DNA of 64,000 nt from Candidatus Poribacteria bacterium (GCA_965242965.1 OZ251518.1:1-64000), one strand, 5' to 3'; positions 20,341 to 31,305 are shown, numbered from the stretch's first letter. Notes: a model not told the origin generated them from the letters alone. Made by a program: numbers and translations.

Positions 20341-21296
20341 AACATAGCATCGGCATCGACCTTGGCGGAACAGACATCAAAGCGGGACTTGTCTCAGCAA
20401 CCGGCGAGATTTCATGCCAAGTGGTGCGTCCTACCTACGTAGATGCGGGTCCGAAGGCAGTCGCATCGCGCATAGCAGAAACGACCGGCGCAGTGCTAGC
20501 GAAAGCAGAGAAGCAGCATATTACTGACATTATCGGCATAGGGCTCGGCGCGCCCGGACTGATTATTGCCGAGACCGGGGTTGTCCATTTTTCGCCGAAC
20601 TTTCCGGGATGGACAGACATTCCTCTTGTTGATGACGTAAAGAAGGCACTCGGAAGTCAAGATTTTCCTGTCTTCATGGACAACGATGTGAATGCGATGA
20701 CATTGGGCGAACTCCGCCACGGTGCCGGTGTGGGTTACCAGAGTCTCGTCGCGCTGACGCTTGGCACGGGAGTCGGCGGTGGTGTTGTCATTGATGGACA
20801 GGTTTACCATGGTAGCCGGAATACCGCGGGCGAACTCGGGCACACTATTGTGGAACCGAACGGACGCTATTGCGGCTGTGGCAATCAAGGGTGTCTGGAG
20901 GCTTACGCAGGCGCGAAAAATATCATTGAACGAACACAGGAAAAGATAGCAGCCGGCAGAAATACCCATTTGGTTTCTGATGCTTCTCTGACACCGAAGC
21001 GGATAGCCGAAGCGGCGCAAGCCGGTGATAGTCTCGCCGTTGAAATTTTCGCTGAAACGGGGGCGTATATTGGCATCGCGCTTACCTCTATCGCGCACAT
21101 TCTGAACCCGGAAGTTGCGATTATCGGCGGCGGCATCGCCGAAGCTGGTGAAAGACTACTCTTTGAACCGATAAGGACTGAATTGACAAAGCGCGCGATG
21201 GACATACCGGGAATGATGAAAGTTGTGCCAGCAGCCCTCGGCAATAGGGCAGGCATCGTCGGCGCGGCGATGCTGGCGTTCGCCGCGGGCCGGTAG
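20337..21296 (+). CDS. ROK family sugar kinase (glucokinase-like)
   Basis: GIDLGGT, NDVN, LGTGVGGG, GELGH, CGCGNQGCLE. Confidence 0.92.
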   Translation: MKHSIGIDLGGTDIKAGLVSATGEISCQVVRPTYVDAGPKAVASRIAETTGAVLAKAEKQHITDIIGIGLGAPGLIIAETGVVHFSPNFPGWTDIPLVDDVKKALGSQDFPVFMDNDVNAMTLGELRHGAGVGYQSLVALTLGTGVGGGVVIDGQVYHGSRNTAGELGHTIVEPNGRYCGCGNQGCLEAYAGAKNIIERTQEKIAAGRNTHLVSDASLTPKRIAEAAQAGDSLAVEIFAETGAYIGIALTSIAHILNPEVAIIGGGIAEAGERLLFEPIRTELTKRAMDIPGMMKVVPAALGNRAGIVGAAMLAFAAGR

Positions 21297-21334
21297 GCGC
21301 GGTTTGTCAACAGCTAGAAAAGCAAGGGGCGCAT

Positions 21335-21538
21335 CGGCCCACCGCTGTAGTTCGGGATCGCCCGATCCCGAACAGGTCAGGATCAGGCGATCCTGACCTA
21401 CAGGGGTGAGGCGAGCTGCCAGCCAAACGCATGGCGAGGGACAGGTTTTCCCACCGCCCTACGTGAAGGAGCGGCGTTTTTCTTCACCGGAGTGCGGGGA
21501 CTGTCGCCGCAACGTTGAGCGATTTATGAAAAACCCTC
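21335..21538. repeat. REP array with a solo inverted-repeat end
   Basis: Near copy of 35203-35409, ending TTATGAAAAACCCTC. Confidence 0.8.
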
Positions 21539-21589
21539 AATTTAACGTATGACCGGCACCTACTTTGGAAGGTGCTAACGGAGGAAACG

Positions 21590-21847
21590 ATGCACGAATC
21601 TGATCTCGTCCAATACTGGTCTGCCATAGAAAAGGAAAAGGGAATTCAACAGGGCGAAAGGACTCGCGCCCAGGAAGACATCCTTGAGGTGCTGGAACTG
21701 CGCTTGCAATCCGCAGGCATCTTCCAACCAAGGCTGGAGGCGATTGACGACTTGCAACGCCTCAGACAGCTGCATCGCGCCGCAATCCTCGCCGATTCGC
21801 CCGAAGACTTCCGAAAAGTCTTAGACCAAGGGAGTCACGGCGTTTAG
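21590..21847 (+). CDS. Small protein resembling the C-terminal domain of Rpn/DUF4351-type proteins
   Basis: GGAGG RBS, EKGIQQGE..ILEVLELRL..IDDLQRLRQLHRAAI pattern. Confidence 0.55.
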   Translation: MHESDLVQYWSAIEKEKGIQQGERTRAQEDILEVLELRLQSAGIFQPRLEAIDDLQRLRQLHRAAILADSPEDFRKVLDQGSHGV

Positions 21848-21940
21848 ACAACTCCGACACGCTGTGTCAACCTATAGGCGCGCAACGGTATTAACCGGCG
21901 GATACGTCGCCGCACCCTAGAGGAGGTTCACGAGAGAAAC

Positions 21941-22567
21941 ATGAAAACAGTTATGCCCATCTGCCTACTGCTATTTTTGGCATGCACGCTCTTCGGTTGC
22001 GCGAAGGTGCCCGATTTCATCAAGGATACCTTCCAACCAGAGGTAATCGTCCCGGTCTTCGATCCGGATGCCACCATCATGCCGCAGACAGGCACCGTCG
22101 GCTACGTCAGAAACGGTGTGAAGGCGATGGCGGTCCCACTCAACGATGTCAAGGCTGTTGACGCGTTCGGTATCTTTATCTATAACGGCACAAACCACTG
22201 GATCTCCTTGAAAAAGAAGGATTGCCAGATGCTTGATGGAACCGGAAAGGTCACGAAGCCGATAGATAAATCGCAGGAATCCTTTTATCTGAAGAAAAAT
22301 TTCAGACCGAAACTGCCGCCCGAATTCGCCGCTGAAGTTTTCCGCTGGGACAAAGCTATCCGCATACAAGGGGACCCGGCCGTTTTGCCCAGAGAAGATG
22401 TTGAGAAAACCACCGTCATGCCGGGACGATATACCCGCTTTTTCCTCTATTTCCCCAAGCGGAGCATTAACTATAGCAACCTGCGGATTATTGTCCCTAA
22501 AGTCACTAGCGAATTTAATGAACAGCAGACGACGTTTGTTTTCAAGTTCAAGGTGCAACGGAACTAA
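21941..22567 (+). CDS. Hypothetical lipoprotein
   Basis: GAGGAGG RBS, signal peptide with LFGC lipobox. Confidence 0.75.
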   Translation: MKTVMPICLLLFLACTLFGCAKVPDFIKDTFQPEVIVPVFDPDATIMPQTGTVGYVRNGVKAMAVPLNDVKAVDAFGIFIYNGTNHWISLKKKDCQMLDGTGKVTKPIDKSQESFYLKKNFRPKLPPEFAAEVFRWDKAIRIQGDPAVLPREDVEKTTVMPGRYTRFFLYFPKRSINYSNLRIIVPKVTSEFNEQQTTFVFKFKVQRN

Positions 22568-22629
22568 CACACCATCGGAACACACCGAAAGAAACTCATA
22601 GAGGTGAGCTTGTCTCTGGGGACGTTGTA

Positions 22630-23712
22630 GTGAGAACGATTTGTTACGCAAACCCTCAGCCAAAGATGCGGATAGGCGCGCTTTCCAAGCGCGCCCGGAT
22701 AAATCCGCTTTCCAAACGCGCGCTCGCCTGCCTCCTGCTGAGCTGCTGTCTCGGTTGCACGCTGCCACAACCGGAAGAGGTAAGGGCTGTGGAGATTCTC
22801 GCCGCCAATCGCGAACGGGAATCCCCGCGTATTGTCGGCATTCACTACGTTGAAACGCTTGGCAGACCCGGGCCAGGTCCTGCTGAATTCCTGACACCTC
22901 AGGGACTTGCATTCTCTGAGCAGGGGAGACTCTACGTCGCCGATGCTGGTAACAATCGGGTGCAGGTTATTGATGCATCTGGAAACTTCATCACCGAATT
23001 CGGGCATCGCGGGTGGCGCGCGGGCGAATTTGATACACCGTCTGACATCGCCATCAGCTTCCAGCGAAGTTACCGCCTCTACGTCGCCGATACCGGCAAT
23101 AATCGGGTGCAATACTGCAATCTCGTTGATGAAATTTTTTATCCGCTGCAAATAAGCGAGTCCTCGGCACCCGAAACCGTCGCGTTGGACCGGCCCGAAG
23201 GCATCGGTACCAGCAGGAACGGTGATGTTTACGTAGTCGACACCGGCAACCATCGCTGGCTGCAATTTAATATTGAAGGCATGCCTGTCCTTGAGAGAGG
23301 CGGTTTCGGCAGCGGAACGGAGCACCTCTGGAACGCGACAGACCTGGGTGTTGACGCGCGCGGCAATGTCTACATCGTTGATACCGGCAACCATCTCATC
23401 AAAAAATACGATTTCAGCGGCAACCCTATCCATCAGTGGGGTGGTGTGGGCAGCGCGCGCGGGCAGTTCCGCGAACCGAAACGCATCGCACTTGATGAAT
23501 GGAATTACCTCTATGTCACCGACAGCGGCAACCGGCGCATCCAAGTCTTCACATCTGACGGCACGAGCGTTACAGAATTTCGCCTCGCGACACTGCTAGA
23601 ACCTGCCGGTATTGCTGTCTCAAAAACCGGGCGCGTCTTCGTCAGCGATGCGGAAGCACACGACATTAAGGTATTTCAAGTGACTTTTGAACGGAATTTT
23701 GAGGTGCCCTGA
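22630..23712 (+). CDS. NHL-repeat beta-propeller lipoprotein (start uncertain)
   Basis: Repeated F..P.G/D....G.LYVADTGNNRVQ units. Confidence 0.88.
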   Translation: MRTICYANPQPKMRIGALSKRARINPLSKRALACLLLSCCLGCTLPQPEEVRAVEILAANRERESPRIVGIHYVETLGRPGPGPAEFLTPQGLAFSEQGRLYVADAGNNRVQVIDASGNFITEFGHRGWRAGEFDTPSDIAISFQRSYRLYVADTGNNRVQYCNLVDEIFYPLQISESSAPETVALDRPEGIGTSRNGDVYVVDTGNHRWLQFNIEGMPVLERGGFGSGTEHLWNATDLGVDARGNVYIVDTGNHLIKKYDFSGNPIHQWGGVGSARGQFREPKRIALDEWNYLYVTDSGNRRIQVFTSDGTSVTEFRLATLLEPAGIAVSKTGRVFVSDAEAHDIKVFQVTFERNFEVP

Positions 23713-26700
23713 TTTGCGTATCCTTCTCCTTTCCCTCGCATGCTGTTCGTGCATGGCCACCCTCTTCCAACAGGCTTGGGGAAGCACAGAGGACCCCCTC
23801 ACTCTTCCCATCTTCTCCGTTATCCAGAAAACGGAATCGTTTCAACTGACCGCGGATACCTCTGAATTCACCGTCACATATTCCCCCATTCTCCCCAACA
23901 GCGAAAAAATAACGACATCCAATGGTAGTATAGTGCTAGTGAGAGGTATAGATTACCAGATCGATTTTTATGTTGGGAAAATTACGCTAGAAAAAAGCAA
24001 GATGTTGCAATTTCTCTCAACTGAAGGCGGTCCTCTGCCTAAAGAAACAAGGCGAGAGACAGGCACTCGCCCTACGGGTGAAGGTGCACAAGAAAGCCTC
24101 CCAAGCACCACAAAAGACGTGACGATAACCTATCGCACCTTGCCTTTTGCTATTGAAAAGGTGTATCAACGCGAACTTTTTGGTTCGGACGATGCATTGC
24201 CCAGCGATAAACTAACGACGACAGGAGCCGCACCCGGAGTTGTAGGACAAGGGCTCGGGACGCAATCCGTTCCTCCTTCTCAACTGGAAGTTTCCGGCAG
24301 TCAAACGTTCGGCATTTCAATGGGGAGTGGCCGCGCGGGTTCACAGACGCAGGAACTCCGTTTCAACGCGGAAGGTAAGGTTTCCGAGAACATCAGCGTG
24401 CTCCTGATGCTGTCTAATCAGGATTTACCCATCCAGCCGGAGGGCACGACAGAAAACATCCAAGACATCGATCAGAAGTTGGTGCGCATCACACATCCGA
24501 GTGTGAGTGGGACTTTGGGCGATTTCGAGGGCTCACTCGGCTCTTCGGAGTTCATTTTTTTTCCACGCGCGTTAGAGGGTGTCCAAGTGGACGGTGAGTT
24601 TTCCTGGGGACGCTTTCATCTCATTCCGAGCGCGCTACCGAAAGGGCAATCGACAAGCCTCGTCATCCCTGGCGAAGAAGGACGCAGCGAATATCGGCTC
24701 GCTGTTGACGGAGAATATGTTATCGTCAAGGCTGGCAGTGAGATTGTCTGGCTGAACGGCGAAAGAATGCGGCGCGGTGAAAATAACGATTACGTCATCC
24801 GCGAATACGGCAATCCGATTATTGAATTCAACAGCAAACACCTCATCACCCGCAACGACATCATCCGCGTGGACTTTGAATATATCCCGGAAGACAAGGC
24901 TTATCAGCAGAATCTTTACGGCATCAATTCGGTTTTCACGTTACCCGGCAATCGACTTTCCTTCGGTGCCTCTTACGCTGTTGAAACAGACCTGAATCAA
25001 CCGGAGCAGGCTTTAATTATTCTGAGTGATGCAGATGTAGATGCCCTGCGCCATAATATCCTCGACCCTGATGGAGACGGCAGTCTCCTCACTGCACCGC
25101 AGAAACATACCGTGTGGGGGTTAGAAAGTCGTCTAAACCTCACCGAGCAGATGTGGATGGAAGGGCAATTTGCCTACAGCGCGCTGGATAAAAATACCTA
25201 TTCTACGGCGGACCGGAAGGAGGTAAGTCAGGCGTGGAAACTCAACGGCTATGCGGGTTGGGAAAAGTTAACGGCGAACTTGGATATTCGTGCGATGGAC
25301 GCAGGCTTTGTGCCGGTAGGGGCATCGAGTAGCAACCGTTCCCGCGGCCGTTACGAAACGCAGTATGCGACAGAAGGGTTTGACGACGCGTTCCTTTTCT
25401 CAACGGCGAGCCCATCACAAACACAAGATGAGACGACTCTCAACTTCGCGATGCGCGTGATGCCTACGCATTGGCTGGCGATGGATGCAGGACTTGGTAG
25501 GAGTGAGGAACGTGATGGGTATCAAGCCCAGGGCACGGCGGAAATAACGCGCCGGAATAATTTCAATTGGGGAATTAACTTCAATCAACGCGCCTCGCGT
25601 TCAGGAGTGCGTCTGGACAGAACATTCAACAGCCCTGAAAACGGGCAAATGCGCGCGCTACAGGCAGGGAGAAATTACAACAGGGTAGATGAACAGAAAA
25701 ACGAAACTGCTAAAACCGGTCTGCTCAAGTTCCTACCAAATCTCCGATGGGACGATTATCGAAGCAATGTGACGATGCAAAGCGCGGATGCCGAAGAAGT
25801 TTTCCGTAAATCGCGCCAAGAAGGCAATCTGGTTTATCCCCTCGGCCCGTTTGAAGTGAGCGGCACACTCGGCCTTTTGGAATCCAACGATGCACAAAAC
25901 GCAATTCGCAACCGAAGGCGAAATCGTTCAACTGCGCGCGTCAACCTCGTCGGTTTCAAGTGGGCATCCCTCCATAATAGTTATGAACTTGAGAGTGCCT
26001 TCGCTAAAGAGCCCTTACTCGCTGTCGATGGCGAGGCGTTAGGCATCTCGGATTGGCAGCGGGACACAACAGCGCGGACATGGAAGATGGGTATCTTTTC
26101 GCAACAGGGGAAGTGGGTAAATCTGACGACGAACCTTGCGAGACGAAGATTAAAGGCACATACCGAACTCGGAACGGATACGACGACGCAACTAGCGGAT
26201 ATCGCACTACAACTCACGCCGCTGAGTCGAGCGATTGATGCGGAAATCACTTATGAATTGGATAAAAAACTGACGACGCAACGCCGGGAAATTTATACCG
26301 ACATTCATCCGCACACCGGACGCAGACTTCAGCCGGGAGAGGGATACTTCGTCAAATTAGACGACTTGCACTATGTCGAAGACCTGGAAGAAGGCACGCA
26401 TATCAAATTCTACCAGAACATCGGCGATAAACCGACAACCGCAATTGATGCGGCGTTCAGGCTTCGTTTCCAACCACGCCAATTTTTTGCGAAGCGAAAA
26501 CGGAATCCCACAGTAGGAGAGACCTCCCGGTCTCGATTCCCCTCTTCCTCGGTAGGAGAGACCTCCCGGTCTCAACTCCCCACAGTAGGAGAGACCTCCC
26601 GGTCTCGATTTGCTTCCCTATACGAACGCAATAAACTTGAATGGTTCCTCAACGCGCTCCGCGGACAAACGCGATTGTGGTTAACCGAGGAACAAGAAGC

Positions 26701-27481
26701 AGAAGACGCTGTCTCCCTCTACCTGCTCCGAAACTTGCAGGGTTCACAAACCCTTTTCGGACGCGTCAATCAACACCATCGGCTAGAGTTTTCGCCTTCG
26801 CCGCGGTTCAGTTTTGAGTTCAACCTGCGACTTGGCAGGACACTTAACCGTCGGATTAACACACAGGAACGCAATAGACAGCACCGAACGTGGGATGTCG
26901 CGCTGTCTGTCAATCCAACCCAGCGGCTATCTGTCGGGACAAGTTGGGAGCAACGCCGAGAAACGGAAAAGTATAGCCAGCTCCACGAAGTAGCACGGTT
27001 GGAGACCTCGCCTACCGGAACCAGTAGTTCGGACTCGCCCGAGCCCGAACCGCCGACCCCTATCTCTGATCTTCGGCAATTTGAGCAAAATACTGAACTC
27101 AACCTGCAGTATCAACTGAGCCGCGTGGTGCGATGGAGCGGCATCGGCGGCTACAAACGCACGACAGACCAGGAGTATCTGGATGAAGAACCTGAGGCGA
27201 GAACCCGAACTTTTTCGTTTGAAAACCGTGTCACGTATAGCCTTATCGGCAAGGGGCGCGTTGATTTCAACTACAAACTCGGCTACGGCGAGAGTGAAGG
27301 CGGCATCCCGATCGCGCAGTATTATTTTTACGAAGGCATCAGCCACGAAGTGCGCATGATTGCCGATTATCGGCTGCGCAAATTCACAGACTTGCTGTTT
27401 CGGGTTAATTACCGGCTGCTCTCAACTCAGCAACGGAAACCGGAGCATCGGTTAGAGATGAGCGTCAGTGCGGAACTTTAA
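23687..27481 (+). CDS. Large secreted/outer-membrane protein (probable beta-barrel)
   Basis: 1264-aa ORF, signal peptide, alternating amphipathic beta-strand pattern, RGxDYxIDF-type motifs. Confidence 0.7.
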   Translation: MNGILRCPDLRILLLSLACCSCMATLFQQAWGSTEDPLTLPIFSVIQKTESFQLTADTSEFTVTYSPILPNSEKITTSNGSIVLVRGIDYQIDFYVGKITLEKSKMLQFLSTEGGPLPKETRRETGTRPTGEGAQESLPSTTKDVTITYRTLPFAIEKVYQRELFGSDDALPSDKLTTTGAAPGVVGQGLGTQSVPPSQLEVSGSQTFGISMGSGRAGSQTQELRFNAEGKVSENISVLLMLSNQDLPIQPEGTTENIQDIDQKLVRITHPSVSGTLGDFEGSLGSSEFIFFPRALEGVQVDGEFSWGRFHLIPSALPKGQSTSLVIPGEEGRSEYRLAVDGEYVIVKAGSEIVWLNGERMRRGENNDYVIREYGNPIIEFNSKHLITRNDIIRVDFEYIPEDKAYQQNLYGINSVFTLPGNRLSFGASYAVETDLNQPEQALIILSDADVDALRHNILDPDGDGSLLTAPQKHTVWGLESRLNLTEQMWMEGQFAYSALDKNTYSTADRKEVSQAWKLNGYAGWEKLTANLDIRAMDAGFVPVGASSSNRSRGRYETQYATEGFDDAFLFSTASPSQTQDETTLNFAMRVMPTHWLAMDAGLGRSEERDGYQAQGTAEITRRNNFNWGINFNQRASRSGVRLDRTFNSPENGQMRALQAGRNYNRVDEQKNETAKTGLLKFLPNLRWDDYRSNVTMQSADAEEVFRKSRQEGNLVYPLGPFEVSGTLGLLESNDAQNAIRNRRRNRSTARVNLVGFKWASLHNSYELESAFAKEPLLAVDGEALGISDWQRDTTARTWKMGIFSQQGKWVNLTTNLARRRLKAHTELGTDTTTQLADIALQLTPLSRAIDAEITYELDKKLTTQRREIYTDIHPHTGRRLQPGEGYFVKLDDLHYVEDLEEGTHIKFYQNIGDKPTTAIDAAFRLRFQPRQFFAKRKRNPTVGETSRSRFPSSSVGETSRSQLPTVGETSRSRFASLYERNKLEWFLNALRGQTRLWLTEEQEAEDAVSLYLLRNLQGSQTLFGRVNQHHRLEFSPSPRFSFEFNLRLGRTLNRRINTQERNRQHRTWDVALSVNPTQRLSVGTSWEQRRETEKYSQLHEVARLETSPTGTSSSDSPEPEPPTPISDLRQFEQNTELNLQYQLSRVVRWSGIGGYKRTTDQEYLDEEPEARTRTFSFENRVTYSLIGKGRVDFNYKLGYGESEGGIPIAQYYFYEGISHEVRMIADYRLRKFTDLLFRVNYRLLSTQQRKPEHRLEMSVSAEL

Positions 27482-27507
27482 CCTAGAGACATTCAGTTCT
27501 CCTCCCG

Positions 27508-28082
27508 GTAGGAGAGACCTCCCGGTCTCGATGCATCAAACGTCCGTAGTTCGTAGCGCGGGGGCCTGTCCCCCGCGATGCCAATTGTCTGAAGCAGGAT
27601 TTACAAGATTCACACGATTTCCAGGATTATCTCTCGCGCAGCGAACATGCTTTTTGCAATGGATGCCTCTTCAGGTCCGTAGGACCTGCATGTCTATAGA
27701 AAAACGGGGTTTCCGCAGTTTTCAAGGTCCGTTAGGACCTTAATGGAAATGACAGCCAAGCGAGTCAAGGCACATTAAGGACCTAAAGGACCTTAGGTTC
27801 ATCGTGGTGCGAGGAACTATAGACATTAAGGTCTTACAGACCTAAAGCCTCGAGCGGAACCCCACCTTTTTTCGTAGCGCGGGGGCCTGTCCCCCGCAAT
27901 CTACCGACCTAAACGAAAAACGCCCGCAGCCCAGAGGCATGGACGTTTACTGTCACGATCGATGCATGGCGAGGGACAGGCCCTCGCCCTACGCGAGGAG
28001 GAGGGTGTTTTAGGTGACGTAGCGCGGGGGCCTGTCCCCCGCGATCTTAATAGTCTGAAGCAAGATTAGCAAGCAAGATTAG
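27508..28082. repeat. Mosaic REP array
   Basis: REP-A, REP-B, AGGTCC/GGACCT and CTGAAGCAGGATT units. Confidence 0.8.
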
Positions 28083-28335
28083 TCCCTCGCTGCGGCGAAA
28101 CCTCCGCCACAGCGGATGTCTCAAAGGTCGATTTCTTATCGGATACAAGGCAAAACGCATTTGCACCCGATAATTTCCCAGACGTTGAAAATAAAGGCAA
28201 ATTTCTTCTCGTGCTAACTTTAGTTATTCCATTGCCCCGCTTTCCGTAGAAATCGGCAATTGGCGCGAGACAGCCCCCCTCTCCCTACAGTCATAACACA
28301 GTCGCTTTGGACGAGCAATTTGAGTGTCGCTGTGT

Positions 28336-29193
28336 TTAGTTCCTCTCATGGAACTCCAAGAGAAGATAATTCAGAATCAACTCTGCTGCGACTTCGCCTT
28401 TCGGATCGTCGCGAAAGTCGGTCATATGAGTAACTACTATCCTGCCTAAATTCCCATCTCGAATAATAACAGGATCTGCTCGAGTTCCTGTGCTATCCGT
28501 AGCAAAAATCTTCTCGGCGAACCAGTTTCCCTGAAAATCATCTAGAGGAAAAGGCCGATCTGACGCGAAATTGACCAAACTGGGAGTTAGCTGCTTGCCC
28601 TCGGGAGTAGGAACCATGAACGTATTGTCACCCCACGTGGAAATGGTGGGATGATCCATGAGATTCTGGAGACAGCCTCCATAATTTGGTACACCTATCG
28701 TGTACTCAAATAATCTGCCTTCGCTTTCTCGTCCTACCTTGAGCGTATCACCTTCGCTGTAGTAGCCGAAATAATCGGCCTGATTCAAAATCGTGTTTCC
28801 ATCAGGCGTTTCGATCCAATTTTCAGCAACAGAGCCGTCCGGCAATGCATTGGCCGGCGGATAGACAGTGCTGGGTATCACGCCGTAAAGCATGAGAACG
28901 TTCACCGCACCATCCTCCATTGTTTGTAGCATCTATTGCCGCACATCGTTTGCATCTTCGGTGATATCGGTGCGGATCCCCGCCGCTTGTAACTTGTTCT
29001 TCGTTATCTCAGATTCGATTGCTGCGTCCTCTGGCAAGATCCATGATACCTCGCCTATGTAAATGAGAACAACCCTTTCCATTTCAATGGGCGCAACCAC
29101 CTGTCTCGCCTGTTCACAGCCAAACAAGGTTATCATACCCATTGCGAGGATGAATAGTAGTGAGTTGAACCGTCGTAACTCCATAATAAACAT
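28336..29193 (-). pseudogene. Lipoprotein gene split by an in-frame TAG at 28933-28935
   Basis: Two abutting same-frame ORFs (..ANDVRQ*MLQTMED..), LFGC lipobox in the first. Confidence 0.65.
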
Positions 29194-29551
29194 ATCCTTT
29201 CGGGGAAATTCCCCTGTTAAAACCGTTACTGATGACTCAGTACAGACTTAGAGAATAGACATTGGGCACTCCCAAATGCAACAAAAATAGTCCTCGACGC
29301 GAGCAGCACGTGCGGGAGTGCGGACAAGACAGCACCGAAGAATTGGATGCTGCAGCGCGTGATGGAATGTTTAACGCATGTGAGGGGCGTAAATCCCAAA
29401 TTTTCGTCAAGACGAACGAGAACGTGTGTCATTGCTACGAGAGAGCCGAACGCGCACCGGGTGTGCTGCGTCACGCGAGGCCCGGAGAAGTCTACGGCGA
29501 CCTGTTTGGAAATGGCATTGAAAATTCGCTGGTTCACGTTGTGTTCCTCGT

Positions 29552-30189
29552 TCAGTTGCAGTTTGCGGTCTTTCGCAATCGAATTTGCATCAATGGATAC
29601 TGCCCAACAGGTGTTGCATCGCCGACCTCCCCTACGATACCGTAGTTCGCATCGGCAGGGGTGGGCTCGTCGTCGCCCCAGGGATATTTCTTCCCCGCAA
29701 GCCTGCCGCGCGCCGCATATTCCCACTCCGCCTCCGTCGGCAGCCGCTTACCAGCCCATGCCGCACACACCGTCGCCGCATACCAACTCACAGAAACCAC
29801 CGGATGGTTGGCTTTGCCAGCGGGATAGGCGTTACCAAGCCACTCATCAAGGTAATCCCCCTCGTGAAACCTGGCCGCAATGTTGTCCTTTTGCCACAAC
29901 GGATTCGCATCGACAAACGCCTTAAACTGCGCATTCGTCACCTCGTATGTGTCCATATAGAACGCATCCAAGTGGACGGTATGCACCGGCCCTTCGTCAT
30001 CATCTGCATCCGCGTCCGTGCTGCCCATCTCAAATGACCTGGCAGGAATCAGAACCATCCCCTCAGGCGGCGGCGTAGGCAGCGGGTGATGATAGGCTTG
30101 TCGATAGGCTTATTACCTTGACTGCGGCCGACCATCGCGAAGAGACAGACCGCCAGAACCCTGAACATGCCTAAATGTTTCAACATCAT
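29552..30189 (-). pseudogene. FGE-sulfatase (SUMF1/EgtB/PvdO) domain lipoprotein, frameshifted and 3'-truncated
   Basis: FEMGS, EVTNAQF, HPVVSVSW, RLPTEAEWEYAARG, truncated at GQYP, 1-nt frameshift near 30085. Confidence 0.8.
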
Positions 30190-31133
30190 AAAAATTTTCC
30201 TTTGATCCGTGTGACAAAGGTGATGCTGACATCAATGGCGTTGCCGGCAGCGTCGGAAACTTTACCTGCGATAACGTAGGTAGTCTCATTGGCGAGTTCC
30301 CTACCCTTGACGAGTTCCAAGGTGCCGGTGGTGCCTTCAACTTTGCCAACCCAGCCGACATCATCACCAGCCTCGGTCTGCAGGGCGATGTTTCCGAAGA
30401 CTTCCTCGCTGAAGATAAACTCAATCTTCCCGTCGGTGTTAATGGGTACAGGATCGACATCTATGTCGCCATCCCGCAACGTGCCACCCGTGACTCTCGG
30501 CGCGGTGGTATCCGGTGCGATGACAGTATAATGTAAAGTCACTCTGTCCGAATCCCAGTCCCAGAAGACCGTCAGTATCAAATTCCCAGGAGCAAACGGC
30601 CCAGTGATAGTCACTCTACTGCCAATCACGGTTATAGTGCCATGCGTCGCCGAGACATCTAGAGGTATCCCATCAAAGAGGACAGTAATAGTTGTCTCCG
30701 GCTGAATAGTGCTTCCACTTACCGGGACTGCCTCGATAAACACAACCGGCGGCTCATCTTCTTCCAACTCATCTTCTTCCGGCTCATCTTCCTGCGGCGG
30801 AACCTCAACAGTATAACTCAAAAGGACTGCATCCCCTTCCCATTTGAGCCCCAGTGTCAAAGACCCAGCATCAAACGGCCCAGCAATACTCACCGTCTTG
30901 CCACCCAGAGTTGCAGTGCCACCCGTAACCTCTAGACCCGCGGGCATCCCATCAAAGGTGACAGTAATAGTTGCATCGTTCTGAATAGTGCTACCGGCCA
31001 CCGGATCCGCCGAGATAAACTTAACCGGCTCCTCTTCTTCCGGCGGCGGATCTTCCGAACCACAGCCGCCCATCGCCATCGCGAAGAGACAGACCGCCAG
31101 AACCCCGAACATGCCTAAATGTTTCAACATCAT
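30186..31133 (-). CDS. Lipoprotein with Ig-like domains
   Basis: MGGC lipobox, two repeated ADP.SGSTIQ modules, DTTAPRV..FSEEV..DAAGN Ig-like domain. Confidence 0.75.
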   Translation of the reverse strand: MMLKHLGMFGVLAVCLFAMAMGGCGSEDPPPEEEEPVKFISADPVAGSTIQNDATITVTFDGMPAGLEVTGGTATLGGKTVSIAGPFDAGSLTLGLKWEGDAVLLSYTVEVPPQEDEPEEDELEEDEPPVVFIEAVPVSGSTIQPETTITVLFDGIPLDVSATHGTITVIGSRVTITGPFAPGNLILTVFWDWDSDRVTLHYTVIAPDTTAPRVTGGTLRDGDIDVDPVPINTDGKIEFIFSEEVFGNIALQTEAGDDVGWVGKVEGTTGTLELVKGRELANETTYVIAGKVSDAAGNAIDVSITFVTRIKGKFL

Positions 31134-31245
31134 AAAAAATCTCCTTTAAGAAACCCCGCCGCAGAAAATCCCAATGCCATGATTCCCTTTAAAAAAGGGC
31201 AGACATGGCAATCGGCGAGGTAATAAACGATTGATGCCTTAAGAC

Positions 31246-31305
31246 TCAAGGCGTAATAGCCCTCATGCAACGAAAACCGATGGCACCGGCCGTGCCCGAC
31301 GGCAT
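31246..31305 (-). pseudogene. C-terminal remnant of an FGE-sulfatase protein
   Basis: Reads PSGTAGAIGFRCMRAITP*. Confidence 0.6.

Noticed and set aside
29552-31305. Diversity-generating retroelement (FGE target plus template repeat)
   Set aside because: No reverse transcriptase and no TR/VR pair differing at adenines are present in the window
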